The position numbers and the translations under genes were made by a program. This document shows, piece by piece, positions 12,964 through 27,504 of a stretch of DNA of 64,000 nucleotides; positions within the stretch are counted from its first letter, which is position 1, and every line of letters starts with the position of its first letter. The stretch comes from Cladosporium halotolerans (Eukaryota), in NCBI RefSeq assembly GCF_011745625.1, contig NW_027191497.1, forward strand, positions 62,001 to 126,000, given 5' to 3'. The notes beneath the pieces are model-generated. The model saw nothing but the letters and a program-made list of their open reading frames with translations. It ran no database searches and was not told the DNA's origin.

Positions 12964-15900
12964 CTACTCATCATCAACCAACCGTCTCCCCTCCCAAGCC
13001 CTCCTCGCCTCCCTCTCAAGCACATCCAAGTCCCCACTCATCTCACACATGCCCCTAAACACACCCTCCTTCTCCTTGAGCAAATCCCACGGATCGCCGA
13101 ACTCCACCACCTCTCCGCGATCGAGCACGAGCACCTTATCGTAATCGACAATCGTCTGCAAGCGATGCGCGATCGTGACAGTCGTGTTCTTGATCTCCCT
13201 GATCGTCTCCTGGATGCGGGCGTCGGTCGCGTAGTCGATGGAAGCCGTGGCCTCGTCCATGAGGAGGACCTTGGGGTTCTTGAGGAGGGCGCGGGCCAGA
13301 CAAAGGAGCTGGCGCTGGCCTTGGGAGAGGTTCGAGCCGGATTCGGCGACGATGGAGGAGAGGTTGCGGAAAAGGTTTTTGTTCTCGAGGGCAGAGGTGT
13401 CGGTTCCGTTGGCGGTAGTCGAGGAGGAGGGGGCGGGGGAGGAGGTGCCGTTGGCGGTGTTGGCGGCGGCCTTGCTGCGGAGGTTCTGCACTGGAGTTTC
13501 CGGGCGAGATGTTTCGGCTGACGGGGCGCTGACGAGCTGCACGCGGCGGAGGGCGGTGAAGATCTCCTCGTCGGTGAAGAGGCCGAAGGGGTCGAGGTTG
13601 CTGCGGATGGTGCCGGTGAAGAGAGTTGGGTCCTGGGGCACCATGACGATGTTCTCACGCAGGTCCTGCAGGCCGATGAGGCCGATGTCGACGTCGTCGA
13701 TCAAGATCTTGCCCTGTTCTGCTTCGAGGGCGCGGAAGAGCGCCAGCGCGAGAGAGCTCTTGCCTGCGCCTGTTCGGCCGACGACACCAACCTTCTCGCC
13801 TGGCAAGATCTTGAAGGTGATGTTCTTCAGTACCGGGTCAAAGTCGCTGCGGTATCTAGTAGTGTATCCAATGAACTCGACAGATCCCTTGCTAGGCCAG
13901 TTGGCCTCGGGCCTGTTCTCTTCAACGACCAGTGCAGCCTCTTGGTCAACATCGAGGTACTCCTTGATCCTCTCGACCGAGTTCATGTTCTGCTCGTTAC
14001 TTGAGTACAGACGGACAAACCAGAGTACGTTCTCCGTGAACGTGACGGCGTAAGTCATGGCGAGACCAGCGGCACCGGCATCGATGCGGCCGACACTGGT
14101 CACCACGAAAGCACCGGCGAAGAAAGAGACCAAAGCGCCGACGACATCCACACGGAAAGCCAGCCAGCGGTTAGCAGCCCACAGATAGATGAACGGACGG
14201 CTGTGGGTGTTGATCTTGTTGAGATTGTCACGGATGAAGCGGCGCTCGTCGCCGTAGGCACGGATAGTCGTTGTGCCGGACATCGTCTCGCCGAATTGCT
14301 GGTAGAGCGGGCTGCGCTGGATGGACTCGAGACGCTTGAGGTCACGAGACGAAGAGATGTAGAAGCGGCCGATGAGGAAGTAGAGGATGGTGATGAAGAA
14401 GCCAGCGATGAGGAAACCAGGAGTGATGGCAGAAATCAAGACGATGATCGTAATGATAGAGAAGAGACAGTGCACAAAACCGACAGCCACCGGCGCGACT
14501 TCTTGGTCAATAGCCTCGATGTCCTTGGAGAAGCGATTCATGATCTGACCGAGAGGCGTTGCGTCGAAGAAACGGAACTTCGCGTGTGTGATCTTCTCCA
14601 TCAGCTGGCGGTGGATACGCTTAGAAGCACCGATCGAGCCACTGAAGAGAACGCCCTCGCGGAACAGAGTGATGAACATGTAGATGACGCCAAGCACAGC
14701 GTAGACACCGAGGTAGTATCCAGCATTCACATGCGAGGTAGACGTAGTCGTGAACGCATCGCTTTGGGCCTGTGTCGTCAAACCAGGAATGTTCCAAACG
14801 CAAGATCCGCTGCGCAAACAGCTGAAAGAGCTGCTGATACCGCCGCGGACGTAAGTCAGCTCTGTTTGGTTGTGAGGTACGCCAAGAGTCGAAATAGCCT
14901 CCTTGTTGCTGTATGCGTTCGCCCACTGTCTGATCCAGACATTCGTGGAGACCTGCGAAAGCTGCTGCAGCGCGAAGGAGACACCAGCGACAGTCCAGTA
15001 GAACCAGCCGCCCATGGAGCGAAGATACATATAGATGATGTTGAACTTGATCGCGCCAGTGCTCTTCTTCTCATCGGGCTGGACGTTCTCTGCAGTCGAG
15101 TTCATGCCAGGGATGTCTTTCGTCGGCACCTTCATCAAAGGGTCACCGTTGGGAATCCCGCTCGGCTCGTGCATGTGACCATTAGTGTACTCCTCGTGAG
15201 CCTCGACGACTGTCTCCTCGCCATCACCACCGATGTCGGAAGGAACGCGAGAAGGTATCCTCGAAGGTCCATGCGAGGGAGGCTTCGACTCGAGCTTAGA
15301 AAGATCTTCGTGCAGAGTGCCAGAAGCAATGACTTCCTGCGAGGTACCCTGGGCGGCGACACGGCCATTGTCGAGGACGACGGCGTAGGCAGCCTGCGGC
15401 AAGCACAGAACAGCGTTGTGGGTGACGAGAATGCAGGTGCGGTTGTACATGAGCGGGCCAAGGAGAGCATTGTCGAAGATCCATTTGGCGGTGTGGGCGT
15501 CCACGGCGCTGAGGACGTCATCGAGAAGGACGTGTCTGGCGTTGCAGTACAGGGCTCTCGCCAAGCTGATGCGCTGCTTCTGACCACCAGACAACGTGAC
15601 GCCCTTCTCTCCAACAAGCGTCTGGTCACCAGAGTCCAGAATCTCCAGATCGCGCTGGAGCGAGCAAGCCACGATGACGTTCTTGTAGCGTTTCGCATCC
15701 CAAGGGCTGGCGAAGACGATGTTCTCCTTGATAGTGCCGTTGACGAGCCAGGCCTGCTGCGCGCAGTAAGCCACGCTCTCCGTAAGTCCAGTCTCTGGGT
15801 CCGGTCTAAGGTCCTCGCGACATTTTCCACCAGGCAAATAGACACTTCCATCAATGAGCGTCATCTCACCCAGCAGAGCCATAAGAAGCGAAGTCTTGCC

Positions 15901-18137
15901 ACTGCCCGTGGGTCCAATGATAACGTTGACTTGGCCAACCTTAAAGTGAACATTGAGATCAATCATCTTGAAGTCGTCCGATTCGATACCACCCCAAGAG
16001 AAGGTGCCGTTGTCGAAGCCAATCAGCGGCTCGCCCTGAGCATCGACCGCATCGGCCTGAAGCTGCTGATACTTATCCGTCTCAGGCTCATTGAGATACT
16101 CCTCGACACGGTCGACCGAGACCTTGGACTCCTGAACGTGCGCGACCATATCGGCGAGTTGGTCCAACGGGATTCGCAGCAGACTAAACAGCGAGAGAGC
16201 GGTGAACGCGACAGACGGGATGAGGTCCTTCTTCTCGACCATGGTGTAGATCAAGAAAGTGAGGAAAGTGATGACGACGGGAGCTCCGGACCAGATTGTC
16301 GCAGCGATGGACCAGATGATGTACCTGTTGCGGAGGTGGTGAAGCTCAGACTTACGCTTCTCCTCCACAGATCCGAGGAAGCGTTGCTCCCAAGCGAAAT
16401 ACTTGATAATCCGGATGTTCGTGAGAACCTCGTTCGTCGTGTGGATTCTGGCATCAGTGGCAGCCAGGATTTTCTTCTGGGAAGAAGCGAACTGCTTGGC
16501 GATGTACATGTTGACCGGGAGCAGTAGAGCCATCATGCCGATTCCCACAATACTACTGTAGCCGAGAATCTGGTAGAGCAAGACGACAGCCAGGACAAAC
16601 TGGACCGGAGTCTCCGCCCAGAGGAAGTGCAGGTAGGCACTAATCTCCGCGACCTTGAACGAATCAACGGCCATGAGGTTGATGATGGCACCGGAAGAGA
16701 CCTGGGCATCCGCGTCGGACTTCTGGTCGCCGTCAGATTTCTTGGTGGTCTTCTGCTTGCGACCGAAAGATATGATTTTCTTGAGTAAGCCCTGCTTCTG
16801 CTCGCCCTCAGCCTTTTTATCCGCCTCTTCTCCCAGAACTTTATCCGGGCTCGCGGCAGCCCTCCTGCGAAGCGCCTTGCCATAGATTTCGCCAATGATA
16901 ATCGCGCGAAGCCTGATACACACGATCCTTCCTTTCCAAAGTGCCTGGCCGCTGGACGTCGCATTGACCACGCCGGAAACAAACAGCAGAATGACATAGA
17001 ACCAAGCGGCATTCTTCGGTACGCTGGAAGGGTTCTCCACATACTCCAGAATCGCCTTGAGCAGCAGCGTGGGCACGAAAGTAATCAGTCCAGAAACCGC
17101 AGCCCAAGCCGCCTGAATAAGAAGTCCCTGCTTGAAATACTTGAGCAAGTGGAAAGCCAGGATGCTCGTCTTCTTCACTTGGCGGTAGTCCGCGAGGATG
17201 GCGGCGGCCTTATCGCGGCCAGGCAGGTTCCAGACGTCGCTCATCTCGTACGCCTTCTTGTAGCCCGTCCAGACGATCGCGTCGACCCAAGTGAAAGTCA
17301 GCGAGGATAAGACGCTCGCCAGAGGTTCCTGGGCGGGCTTCAGGTCGCCCTCGTATTCAACTTGCACGGGCTTGTTGCCCTTGCGCGACATGCCAGCGAT
17401 GAGTGCCAGGATCGTGTTCAGCACGAAGTAAGCGCTTACCAGCGCCTGCGTCAGGCCAGAGTGAGGGTGGATGAGCTCGGAGCGGAAGACCAGAAGTGTG
17501 AAAACCCATTGCGCCGCGTAGAGCAAGCCAGTGTGATACCAGAGCCGGGAGAACGAGAACCTCTGCGAAGCGGAAAAGACCAGACGAAGAGACGTCAGCG
17601 CAGCAATGTATGCCCACTCCGCCACCTGAGCGATCCCCGCGACACGTCCTTTGCGATCCCAATGCTGCACCAGCAGCGCGATTTGTATGCCCAGGACAGC
17701 CAGCACGCATATCTCTTCCACCGCCGGAATCAGCACCTCCCCACGCGGCCGGTCGAGGTCGAGCACGGAAGCGTCCGTGACCGACTTGGTCGCCATCAAA
17801 GCCAGGTCCTCGTTGAGCCGCAGCTCGTCCTCCTCTGAATCCTCATCTTCCTCGTCCCGTCCATCAGCCTGTTGTTCGTCCCTAAGCAGATCGTATGCTG
17901 TCTGCTGTCGCGACCGTCGTGCGGCCACGAATATTTGTATGGTAAGATATGAAATAGAAACACCGCATGCGATTAGCGGAAAGAGTGTTTGCAGGTAGCT
18001 GTTATGCACGACGTCAGCGAAACGGATCTTCAAAAAAAGCACCAACAAGGTTTCCAAGGGCAGTGAACGCACTCCTGCCTGAAGCATCGCGAGAAGTCAT
18101 CGGCTCGCCAGACGTCGCCGTGGCAATGCGCGAACAT
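12964..18137 (-). CDS. YBT1: ABCC/MRP-type vacuolar ABC transporter (Ybt1-like bile acid permease)
   Basis: Exon 1 at 18137-18073 (MFAHCHGDVWRADDFSRCFRQ), intron 18072-17999, then one long exon. Two NBDs: GPTGSGKT/LSGGQKQR and GRTGAGKS/LSQGQRQL. TMD0-TMD1-TMD2 layout. Confidence 0.88.
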
Positions 18138-19289
18138 GGCCGGCTGACAATGGGTGGTAGTGTGATTTGCTGGTGAGAGCGGGCGTCTCCAAAAGTTGCC
18201 CCAGCGATCGCCAGTATAGCGTTCGAATCCAGAAAGTAGTGGCGGGGTTCAGCGGCGCATTCCTGGAGCTGGTGCGGGCGGGCAGGCCGGCGCAGGCAGC
18301 GCGGTGGGATTCGGTGTAGCGGTACACGGCGTCTGCACAAGGAGAGAGTGAGAGTGGTGTTGATGCAATCTGCGGAGGTGAAGAGAAGCACTGGTGGCAG
18401 TGGAAGCACGACTCGGCGCACGGGCAAGAGAGAGGCGAGGCGAGGCGAGACAAGCTCCGGGCGCAACGGGCAACGGCTTTGCGTGCAGCAGCAGTGCTTG
18501 CTTGACGGATGACGTTGTGCGAACTTTTATTCCATGAGCGCACTCGCTCGTTCTTGTACCCCCAGTAATCAATCCGATAAAATACACACACACCACCCCA
18601 ACCCCAATGCAGCTCGTGCGCCCTGCGCCCTCGCCTGCATGGCCTTCGCGGAACGGAGAGCAGTGGCATGAGTGGGTGGAGCATCTCGCGTGTCAACCCA
18701 CGAGCGATAGGCCGGCGATACGACCAGCCACCGGCGTGCCGGCAGCCGTGCCCTTCTCACAACGCCCGCCACCTGCCCTCTTTGGCGTAGCAGGCACTAC
18801 ATGAGATGATCGGTATATGTACTGGCTGACTCACGCCCGGGCTGCTTGCGGACACCGCATGGTACCTCGCACCAAACCGGCTACTGACAGTTCGGTTACA
18901 CGGCGGTTCTGCCTGGGGAGTGGAATGCGTACTTTGCCCATGCCCTGCCTGCCCCGCTGTGCCTGGTGTGATTCACATTTTCTGAATCCTTCCAGAAACC
19001 TTGATGGGCGGTGGTCGTTTTGGGCACTGGGTGTTTCACACCGCTGCCGCCTGATCTGCAGCGATGTACATGTCCCGGGGCAATGGGATAGGTGTGAGCA
19101 GGGGTCGACTACCTCAGTATGTGCATCAAGGCAGGCATGTGCAACGTTCCTGGAAAATCTTCGTATTCAATTTCATTTTCACTCAATTTCTTCGTAAGCT
19201 ACTGAAGCCTGTACCTTTCCCAGTATCTGTCTATCTGCGTTTCTAATTCGTTTCTCCGCATCGTCCTTTCTCAAAGCCTCTCTCCGACT

Positions 19290-20609
19290 CTACCTCACAA
19301 TCATGCTCTCCTGACCAGGACCAGTACCGATGTACTTGATGTAGACATCCGCGAACTTCTCAATGTACTCGACGTACTTGCGCGCGTTCTCCGGCAGCTG
19401 CTCCCACTTGGTGAGGCCCATGGTGTTGCTCTTCCAGCCGGGCAGGGTGGTGTACTTGACGGTCATGTTGTCGAGGACGCTGAGATCGGCGGGGAAGGAA
19501 GTCATCTCCTTGCCGTTGTACTCGTACGACGTGGCGACCTGGATCTCGTCGAAGTCGTCGAGCACGTCCAGCTTGGTCAGGTTGATCGAGTCGTACCAGT
19601 TGATCGAGTTGGAGTACTTGACGAGCACCAGGTCGAGCCAGCCGCAGCGGCGCTTACGGCCGGTCGTGACGCCGAACTCGCGGCCGACCTGCTGCATCTT
19701 GTCGCCGAGCGCGTTGAGCTGCTCGCTGGGGAAGGGGCCAGAGCCGACGCGAGTGGTGTAAGCCTTGACGACGCCGATAGTCTCCTTGACCTTGCGCGGG
19801 TTGAGGTGCAGGCCGGTGAAGATGCCGCCGAGACCGGTGTTGGAGGAGGTGACGAAGGGGTAGGTGCCGTTGTCGATGTCGAGCATGAGAGCGTTGGCGC
19901 CCTCGACAAGCATGCGCACATCGCCCTTGACAGCGCTCTCGATCAGGGGAACCTGGTCAACAACGTACGGCTGCAGGCGCTCGCGGTAGGTATCGAAGCG
20001 CGCGATCTCCTCCTCAGGGTCGTACTCCAGGAGGTCGCCGTAGCGCTTCTTGTAGCCCTGGGCCAGCTGGCGCAGCTTGGCATCGAAGCGCGCCTTGTCG
20101 AAGACGTCCGAGATACGGATACCGCTGCGGGCAGTCTTGGTGGAGTAGGTCGGGCCAATGCCCTTGCCGGTTGTGCCGATGTTCGCGTTGCCCAGCTCCA
20201 CCTCCTCAAGACCGTCCACCTTGCCGTGCAAGTCCAAGTCGACGTGGCAGCGGTCGCTGACAAGCACGCGGTCCTTAGTCACGATGCCGTGCTTCTCCAG
20301 AGTCTCCATCTCCTTGAAGAGGTTGGGCACGTGCACGACGCAACCAGAGCCGATGAGACTGACGCATCCCTCAGTGAGGACGCCAGAAGCTGTGACGAAC
20401 AATCAGCCAAATCCCAACGAGAACAAGCCTTCGCGCATGCACTCACGCAAAATGTGGACATCGAAAGTCGTGCCGTTCTTCACAATGGTGTGGCCCGCAT
20501 TGTGGCCGCCCTGGGCTCTGCAGCAGAGCTGCACGCCCTCGGAAAGAACGTCGACGATCTTTCCCTTTCCTTCGTCACCCCACTGCGCTCCGAGGACAAT
20601 GGTCGCCAT
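19290..20609 (-). CDS. ADE12: Adenylosuccinate synthetase
   Basis: Exons 20609-20447 and 20389-19290. Motifs [37 protein letters not shown] and [12 protein letters not shown]. Confidence 0.97.
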
Positions 20610-21251
20610 GTTGGTCTTGGTGTCGCTGCTGCGTGTGTCTGATTACTGCGTGAGTCGCCATTTTGTTAGGAAACAAGAGATGGGACAAGGCGTTGAACTT
20701 TTTGTACCAGCGCAGCGCCGGGGCGGACGACTCACGACGCACAGATTTGCCCCGCGGCGTCCACCCATTGGCGGGGCAGCCCACCTCGCCCACCAAGCCT
20801 GCTGGGAATGCCGCGCGCGTTTCTTGCTGCGGTACCGGAGATCTGCCATGCCTTACCGCGCATGCTTGGCGATGACTTTAACGGCAGTATCTGGTGTTAC
20901 ACATGATCGCAACTGTGAGTGAGCATTGAGCATCGGCCTTTATGATGTGGGTCGTCAAGAGATGCGATTTTACTGCTCGGCGGTTTTGGGCTACAGATTG
21001 CGCGAAGCGCCAAACGATTGATGTGTTTTGCCCATGGTCTCCACCAGGCGGTGCGATGCTCGTCAAGGCACGGAACTCCTAAAAGAGACTTGATCGTTGC
21101 TTTGTCCGTAGTGTTCACTTCATTGATCTCGGACAAGTACACAGCAGCGTTAAGTCTGCCTTTCCCGCTAGTTGAGCTATCGCTAGTCATACAGAACATC
21201 TTCCGCAGCCAGTTGCCATCAGACGAAGAACAACATCACGCATCTGACCAC

Positions 21252-24200
21252 TCAGTCGCTCAACTCAATGACCTCGTCCTGTGCAGCGAATGCCGAATCA
21301 GCAGCCGGCTTCTGTTGCTGCTGCTGACCGGCCAACATACGCGGATCGAGGTATTGGCCGCCATCATCCTCCTCATCCTCCTCATCTTCATCGAACTCAT
21401 CCTCGTCCTCATCGTCAAACTCCTCTTCATCTTCGTCCTCGATATCCCCCTCCTCGTCGCTGTATTCTCCCGACGGCACAGCGCCCGGGTAGGAGCCGAC
21501 GTGGCCGGCATCGTCATCGGACTGCCCGTCTTCCTCTTCCTCGTCGAAACCGTTCGCCAGCGCGGCGTAGGGGTTCGCCTGCCCGAAAGACTGGCCCATG
21601 TCGTTGTCCTCCTCGTCAAACTCTTCTTCATCCTCACTCAGCTGGACCGATTGTTCGCCCGTACTGGTGTGGCCAGCGCTGGTGCCGTTCATGTAAGGGG
21701 TGGTGACGTTAGTGATCTGGAGCTCGTCGTCGCTGTCGTCGACGTTGGTCGGCTCGGCGTTGGCGGTAGGTTGAACAGCACCATCCTGTTCAGGCAGCAG
21801 ATGTTGTGCAAAGCCGGACTGGTAAGAACTCGCAGCTTGTGAGAAGTTCTGCGTGCCCTGGAACGTCTGCGAAGACTGGATCGAAAAGTCGTGAGGCCCA
21901 GAATGCTCGGTCGAATTGAGGGTGTGGTTACCGAACGCTGACGTTTGAGCTTGGTCGAGTCCAAAGGTAGGTGTGCTGAATGATGTTGACTGGAAAGCGG
22001 TAGCGTCCAGAGGAGTGCTATCAAATGGTGTAATTCCGGATGAGAGCTGCGAAGGTGCCGCCGTTGGCCAGTGTTGCTGTTGTCCCGTATAAGCGCTAGC
22101 CGGCTGATCAGGAACTCGGAAAGGCGACGGATCCTTGAACGCAGTTTGCGCACTGGCAGTGTGTATTGGCTGTGATGGCGTCTGCATGTCCAGTCGAGAC
22201 TCAGGCCTGCTGGATTCACCCGAGCGAGACGCGCGAAACTCTTTGGCGCGCTCGATCGCCTTCCCGTATTGCTCGCGAGGAACAAACTTGCTCTCACGCA
22301 AACGGTAAGCTGGCACATCAGAACGACGAGATGAGCCGAAGTCGGTACCGGCTTGTGAAGCCCGCCACCTCGCGTCCTGGCGTGCGCGTTCCAGCGATGG
22401 CGATTCGTACACAGCTTGAGATCCGGTGCTGAGACGAAACGGGTCTGGCCTCTCCGTCTCGGGCTGAAAGACTGATCCACCGTCTCTCAAGGCCTCCCTA
22501 GCAGCTCTCGCGCGTGCGAGGATAGCATCGTCGTCGTCTGTCGTTTTTCTTGACTTCACACTCGAGACAGACGCCTGGCGTGAGCGAGGAACAGTTGAGG
22601 TCCCCGGTGGTGAGCCCTGCTGCGATGAGGGACCTTCACTTGATCTGCGTTGCGCCGCTGGTCCAGGAGACTGCGTGTCGTCTGTATGCTGGCGCTTGCG
22701 GGGATACGTTGGTGCCAGGTCGTAAACGTGGGCTCTGCCGAGCGCTTTGAGCCGGAAATAATTCGACTTCGTGGTCGACACCATGGGTGCGCTGTCAGGC
22801 AACGTCTCCCTGAAAGACGATCGTTTAAGTGCGCTGGTGGAAGGATGGCTTGTGGGCGTTGGTTTGGTGATACGTCCATCATCGTCCACGTGGCTGGCGC
22901 TTTTTAGTCGCTTATGTCCAGTTTCGCGAGAGCCAACCATGCTCTCGACGCTTTGTGAGGACGTGGGACGCTTGCTTCCTCCTCTTGCCTGTTCTTCCTG
23001 TCTTGCCAGTCTTGACCATCGGCCGTTACTGGTCGATGTTTGAAACATCTGGTCCACCTCTTCTTGTCTGCTCATTCGAGATCCCAGAGCACTCCCTGCG
23101 TAGCTCCTACCCAAAACAGACCCTGATCCCGTCATACTTGCAGTCTCCGAAGCTTGGCTTCTGCTCTCCAACAGCCTTCGCTGCGTTCTTCTTCTTCTCT
23201 CTTTCCCTTGACGAATGAGTCGTTTGTGACGACACAGCTCTCGCCAATATTTCCCGTACCGATGTGACAATACGCCAAGTCGGTATTCGTCTGCTTGAGC
23301 GTTTATGCGCTCAAGATAAAGACTCTCCTGAACGTCGGTGATTACTTGCCCAACGAAGTGTTCGACGTACTGATCAAGCAATCCCGTTTGTGGGAAGAGG
23401 GTGACGTCGCGCGCGAGTTCTTTGATGATGGTCGCAAAGTCTGGCTCGGGAGCGGTTTTCTTGGGCGCGATAGATTGCTTCGCATGCGCGGTCTGAGTGA
23501 AATTGTTCTTATTGGATGGCGCTGCAGGAGCCGCAGAAGCTATTGAGGCTGTCTGCGACGTTGTCTTCCCAACGTCAGTCGCCTCACTTCCAGCCGTAAA
23601 CGACTGTGCGAGTGGGCTCGGGTGCGCCGGCCGATTGAAGTTGTCCGAGCCGGAGCCTCTTCGAGCTGAGGCGGTGGATTCTTTGTTGGGTGTGAAGCTG
23701 AAAGATGGTGTATTACCAGGCTTGGGCGGTGGCGCATGGTCGGTGTTCGAAGGTAGGACTGAAGTCGTCTTTGGCGTCTCACGTGCAAAGCTTGGCGGTG
23801 CGCTTGACTGCGTTGCACCTTCCGCAGGCTTCCCAAAGGAGCCGAATGACGCACCTGATGCCTGCTTTGCCTCCGTGTCTTTACCGGCTTGTGATGTGAA
23901 TGAGAACGAAGGCGGCGCGGGCTTCTCATCTGAAGCTGCGGGTGCCGCCGATGATGCAAAAGAAAATTTAGGTGCTGGTTTGTCGTCAGACGAGGCCGCG
24001 GGGGCGGCCGTGGGCGCTGGTGCAAAAGAAAAATTGGGAGATGCTGGTTTATCGCTTGATGCCGTGAAAGGAGAAGTGGTCGCTGGTGATGCAAATGAGA
24101 ACTTCGGAGGTTCTGGCTTGTCGTTCGAAGGAGCAGTGGCAGGGGCAAATATCCCGTCTTGAGGTGAGCTCTTCGGCGAGGGCTCGTCAGCCTCTTCAAT

Positions 24201-26479
24201 GAACGGGTTGGGCTTTGTAGGAGGGGCGAATAAGGGTGCTGACGCAGAAGAGGCAGAGTTGCTGGCGTTGCCGAAGTTGAAGCCTCCAGATCCTGGAGCT
24301 GAGCTCTCCTTCTTCGCGGCATCTCCGAAGCTGGCGCCTGCGAAGGGAGACTGCGCGGGAGTGGTGCTTGTAGGTTTGCCAAAGCCGAAGCCGTTGGAGC
24401 TTGGGGTCGGAGCCGGACCGAAAGCTGAAGCATTGTTTGTGTTGCTAGCCCCGGAACCCAAGAAGTTGAACGACTTGGGCTTCTCCGTAGCCGCCGATTC
24501 ACTCGATACCTGGCCGAAGGTACTTGTTGCTCCTGAAGCACTTCCAAATGACCCATTCGAAGGCTTCCCGAACGAGAATGCGCTAGCTTGTGGCTGCTCT
24601 TTGGCCTGACCGAACATCGACGTTGGCGGCGTATCGAAATCGATACTTCCTTGCGGCTTAGTGTTTGCAGTGTCAGGCATGAAAAGCGACTCGCCGTCGT
24701 TAACGGGCTCCGCATCACCGCTACCAAAACCACTGCCCTGCGGCTCGCCCATTCCGTCGTCCATAGCCTCATCATGTGCCACCAACTCCTCCTCGTTGAC
24801 CATACCATTAGCTTGCGCCTCCCTGAATGGCATGCCACTGATGACAGCCGGCAAAGACCTTCCAAATCTCTTCACTTCCACCATGTCGCTCTTGTACTGC
24901 TTCGGCATTCCAGGTACCGACTCTGGCAATGTGTGCCGGGTTTTGAGCGCAGAGATGTCGGCAAAGCGCTCACCGTCTCGGTTGTCGAATGAGACATCGT
25001 ACTTGAGCAGATATTCCTCGGTCTGGAATTCGTCGTTGAATGCGAGGATCTCGCACAGCTCCTCCGTGGTGAAGTCGGCGGTAGCCCTCTGGTTCAGCGA
25101 TTTGGTCAAAGCCTGGAGTGCCGTTCGTCGAATCATATTGAAATTGATCTCCGCAACGCAAGCAGTCAGGTACGATGTTCGGCTTGACGCGACGAGATTC
25201 CAGAATCGTTGCCAGTTCTGCTGCGCGATAGGGAGCGATACTGGCGGACGTAGAGGACCCTGCAGGTGAGATGTGTTGCCTGCAGCCGCGTATAACCTCA
25301 GCGCTTTGCGGATCCTGGGATGCTGTACTAATTCCTGCGGCCAGCTCTGAACGCGGTCTTCCAGGTCCGGGTCTTGCAGTTGGAAGACAATCAGGTACGC
25401 GCGGAACTCAGGCTCATTTGGCAAGGGCAGTTTCCCTCGGCTGTCATCGTAGTACTGCATGAGGGAAACTAGCGTTCGGTCCAGCTGCTCGCGATCCTGC
25501 TGCCAGTCGTATTGATATTCTCCCTCCTTGACGCCTGCCATTTGGTGCAGCGAAACAATATGAAATCTGGCGATGCGCTCCAGGCAGTTCACGGCGCAGC
25601 TCAGATCTTCCGGGCTTGAGACTTGCAAGATCGTGAAGTCGTTTCGGATGGCCCTGGTCCTATCCCACACAAAGTGATGCACCCTCCCCAATTCTGAAGC
25701 CTCCGCAACCACCTCATTAAATAGGTAGTCGCATGTCTGGCTCAAAGTCTGCGGTGTACGAAGGTCGGAAGGTAGCTGCTCCTCAATTCCAGCAGCGGCG
25801 CGCCTGAACTTCTTGACCATCTTCGCCTCATCCGGTGGTGCATCCTTCGCGCTGACACCCGGCTGGCTCATATCCTACGCGGTTGTCAGAAAGCAGCCCT
25901 CGCCTCAGGTATTCCATTGTGCACGCACCTTCTCTTCCAGCCAAACATCGTTCTGCGTCCCTCGCTGCATGCGCTCGAACTCCGGGCACATGTCGGTGCA
26001 TGTTGCCGTGGGCGTGAGGGCCTGCGACAGGGCCCGCGGCTTGTCCGGGTCGGCGATGATTCCTTTGGCAATGGCATCGGCGCGCTCGCGTTTCCGGTGG
26101 GTCTCGAGCTAGAAGGGAGAAAAGGGGACGAAGTCACTATACTGCACTCCGTCAGTTGCTACAAGTCGAGGGCCGGACGTACCTTGTCGAAGCGCTGCTG
26201 CCAGCTGCCATGCGATTGCGTCGTGATGGAAGATGCGCCGCGCGCGCCACGGCCGGAGGGTTTGGCGAAGCTGTTTGCGCGCGGTGTGCTGAAGCCTCCT
26301 CGACTAGCGCCGCGCGCGTTCCCTCGTGCTGACGTGCCAAATGTCGCGCTTGGATTGAATGGGCCTCGAGGCATGGCGGTGCTGGAGCCTCGGCCACGCG
26401 CGTTGAAAGCTCCCGGTGTCGTGTTCGAGCCTCTACCGCGGCCGCGGCCACGGCCTGCTGATCCCCAGGTAGGCAGCAT
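21252..26479 (-). CDS. SAC3: SAC3/GANP-domain mRNA export factor with FG-like repeats and acidic tail
   Basis: Introns at 26182-26109 and about 25929-25875. Motifs TCTDMCPEFER, VKKFRRAAAG, PSDLRTP, FVWDRTRAIRNDF and ERIARFHI. Confidence 0.9.
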
Positions 26480-27504
26480 GGTCGTCGCCTCGGCTGCTGA
26501 TGATGGATTCCGTCATGCGTGGGGTGTTACCAGTGAATCGTCGACGCCTAGCGAGAGTGAAGCCCGATTCGGAAGCACGCGACGCTCGTTTCTTTGTGAA
26601 CGCAGCTCAAGCCCGCGACGCATGCGGTGTCGGTTGGCCGGTCCGAGCGCGAGCGCGAGTCAGGCGTCAGCCTGACGTTCTAACTTCCAGCCACCAAACC
26701 TTCAGGTCGACTTCACTCCTTCGTGGCTTGCTATGCCGTGTCTCATTTTAGGGTCCCAGGCGAACGCGGAATCTCTCGTCAGCGCTGATCGTCAATAAGT
26801 GACCTTTGTGGTGTCCGCAGATCGCTTTGGAGAAACTTTAGCCGGGGAAAGAAGGCTCGCACATTCACATGAGCAGCCTTTGCCCTAGAACTTACATCCT
26901 GCAAGTGTGCCCAGGATTCACGACCAGAGCCCTAACACTGATTTGCAATGGGTGACTTTGCAGCCCTATAAGCGAAGATGCCCAACCACTCAGCTTTTTA
27001 AAGGAATGATGTTCTTCCATCCTCACCGGGACCGCATCGAACAGATCAGCGCGCCGACATGAGACCGTGAGAAGAATTGGAATTACTTGCTCTGAACATG
27101 ATCGTACTGTTTTACAACGCCGAAGGTACCTATGCACGCCCTGTAAATTTAAAATCATATCGTCGCCGTCATGAGAGAACCCAACAAAGCCGAAATGTGA
27201 GATATCCTCAGATACCTTGTAGTCGTAAGTCATGCCGCTCATCCTACGCCGAAGGGCGCAGATATTTTCGAAACCATCGGCGTGAAGTAGCTCAAAAAAG
27301 AAGGGGAAAAGCGCAATATTCCCGAGAATGGAAAACAACGCTGTGCCGCTCCATTGCGAGACAAGAGAACGCATATGAGAAAATGAGATCAAAGACGCCT
27401 CACTCGAAGAAAATGCCGATGAGATAGCCAAAAGAGATATGGTTGCGCCGTGCGCGCGTATTGATTTCGGTGCCACGTGAGTGGTTCTGCACGGTGGATG
27501 AGAT

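Noticed and set aside
14203..16527. 774-aa + strand ORF
   Set aside because: Antisense shadow of the YBT1-like transporter, with no recognisable motifs.
18200..18240. GTTCGAATCC tRNA T-loop-like motif
   Set aside because: No flanking T-stem or cloverleaf; it lies in the YBT1-like 5' leader.
23500..24620. FG/FSF repeats in Sac3 as a novel nucleoporin fusion
   Set aside because: FG-like repeats are an established feature of Sac3/GANP proteins.
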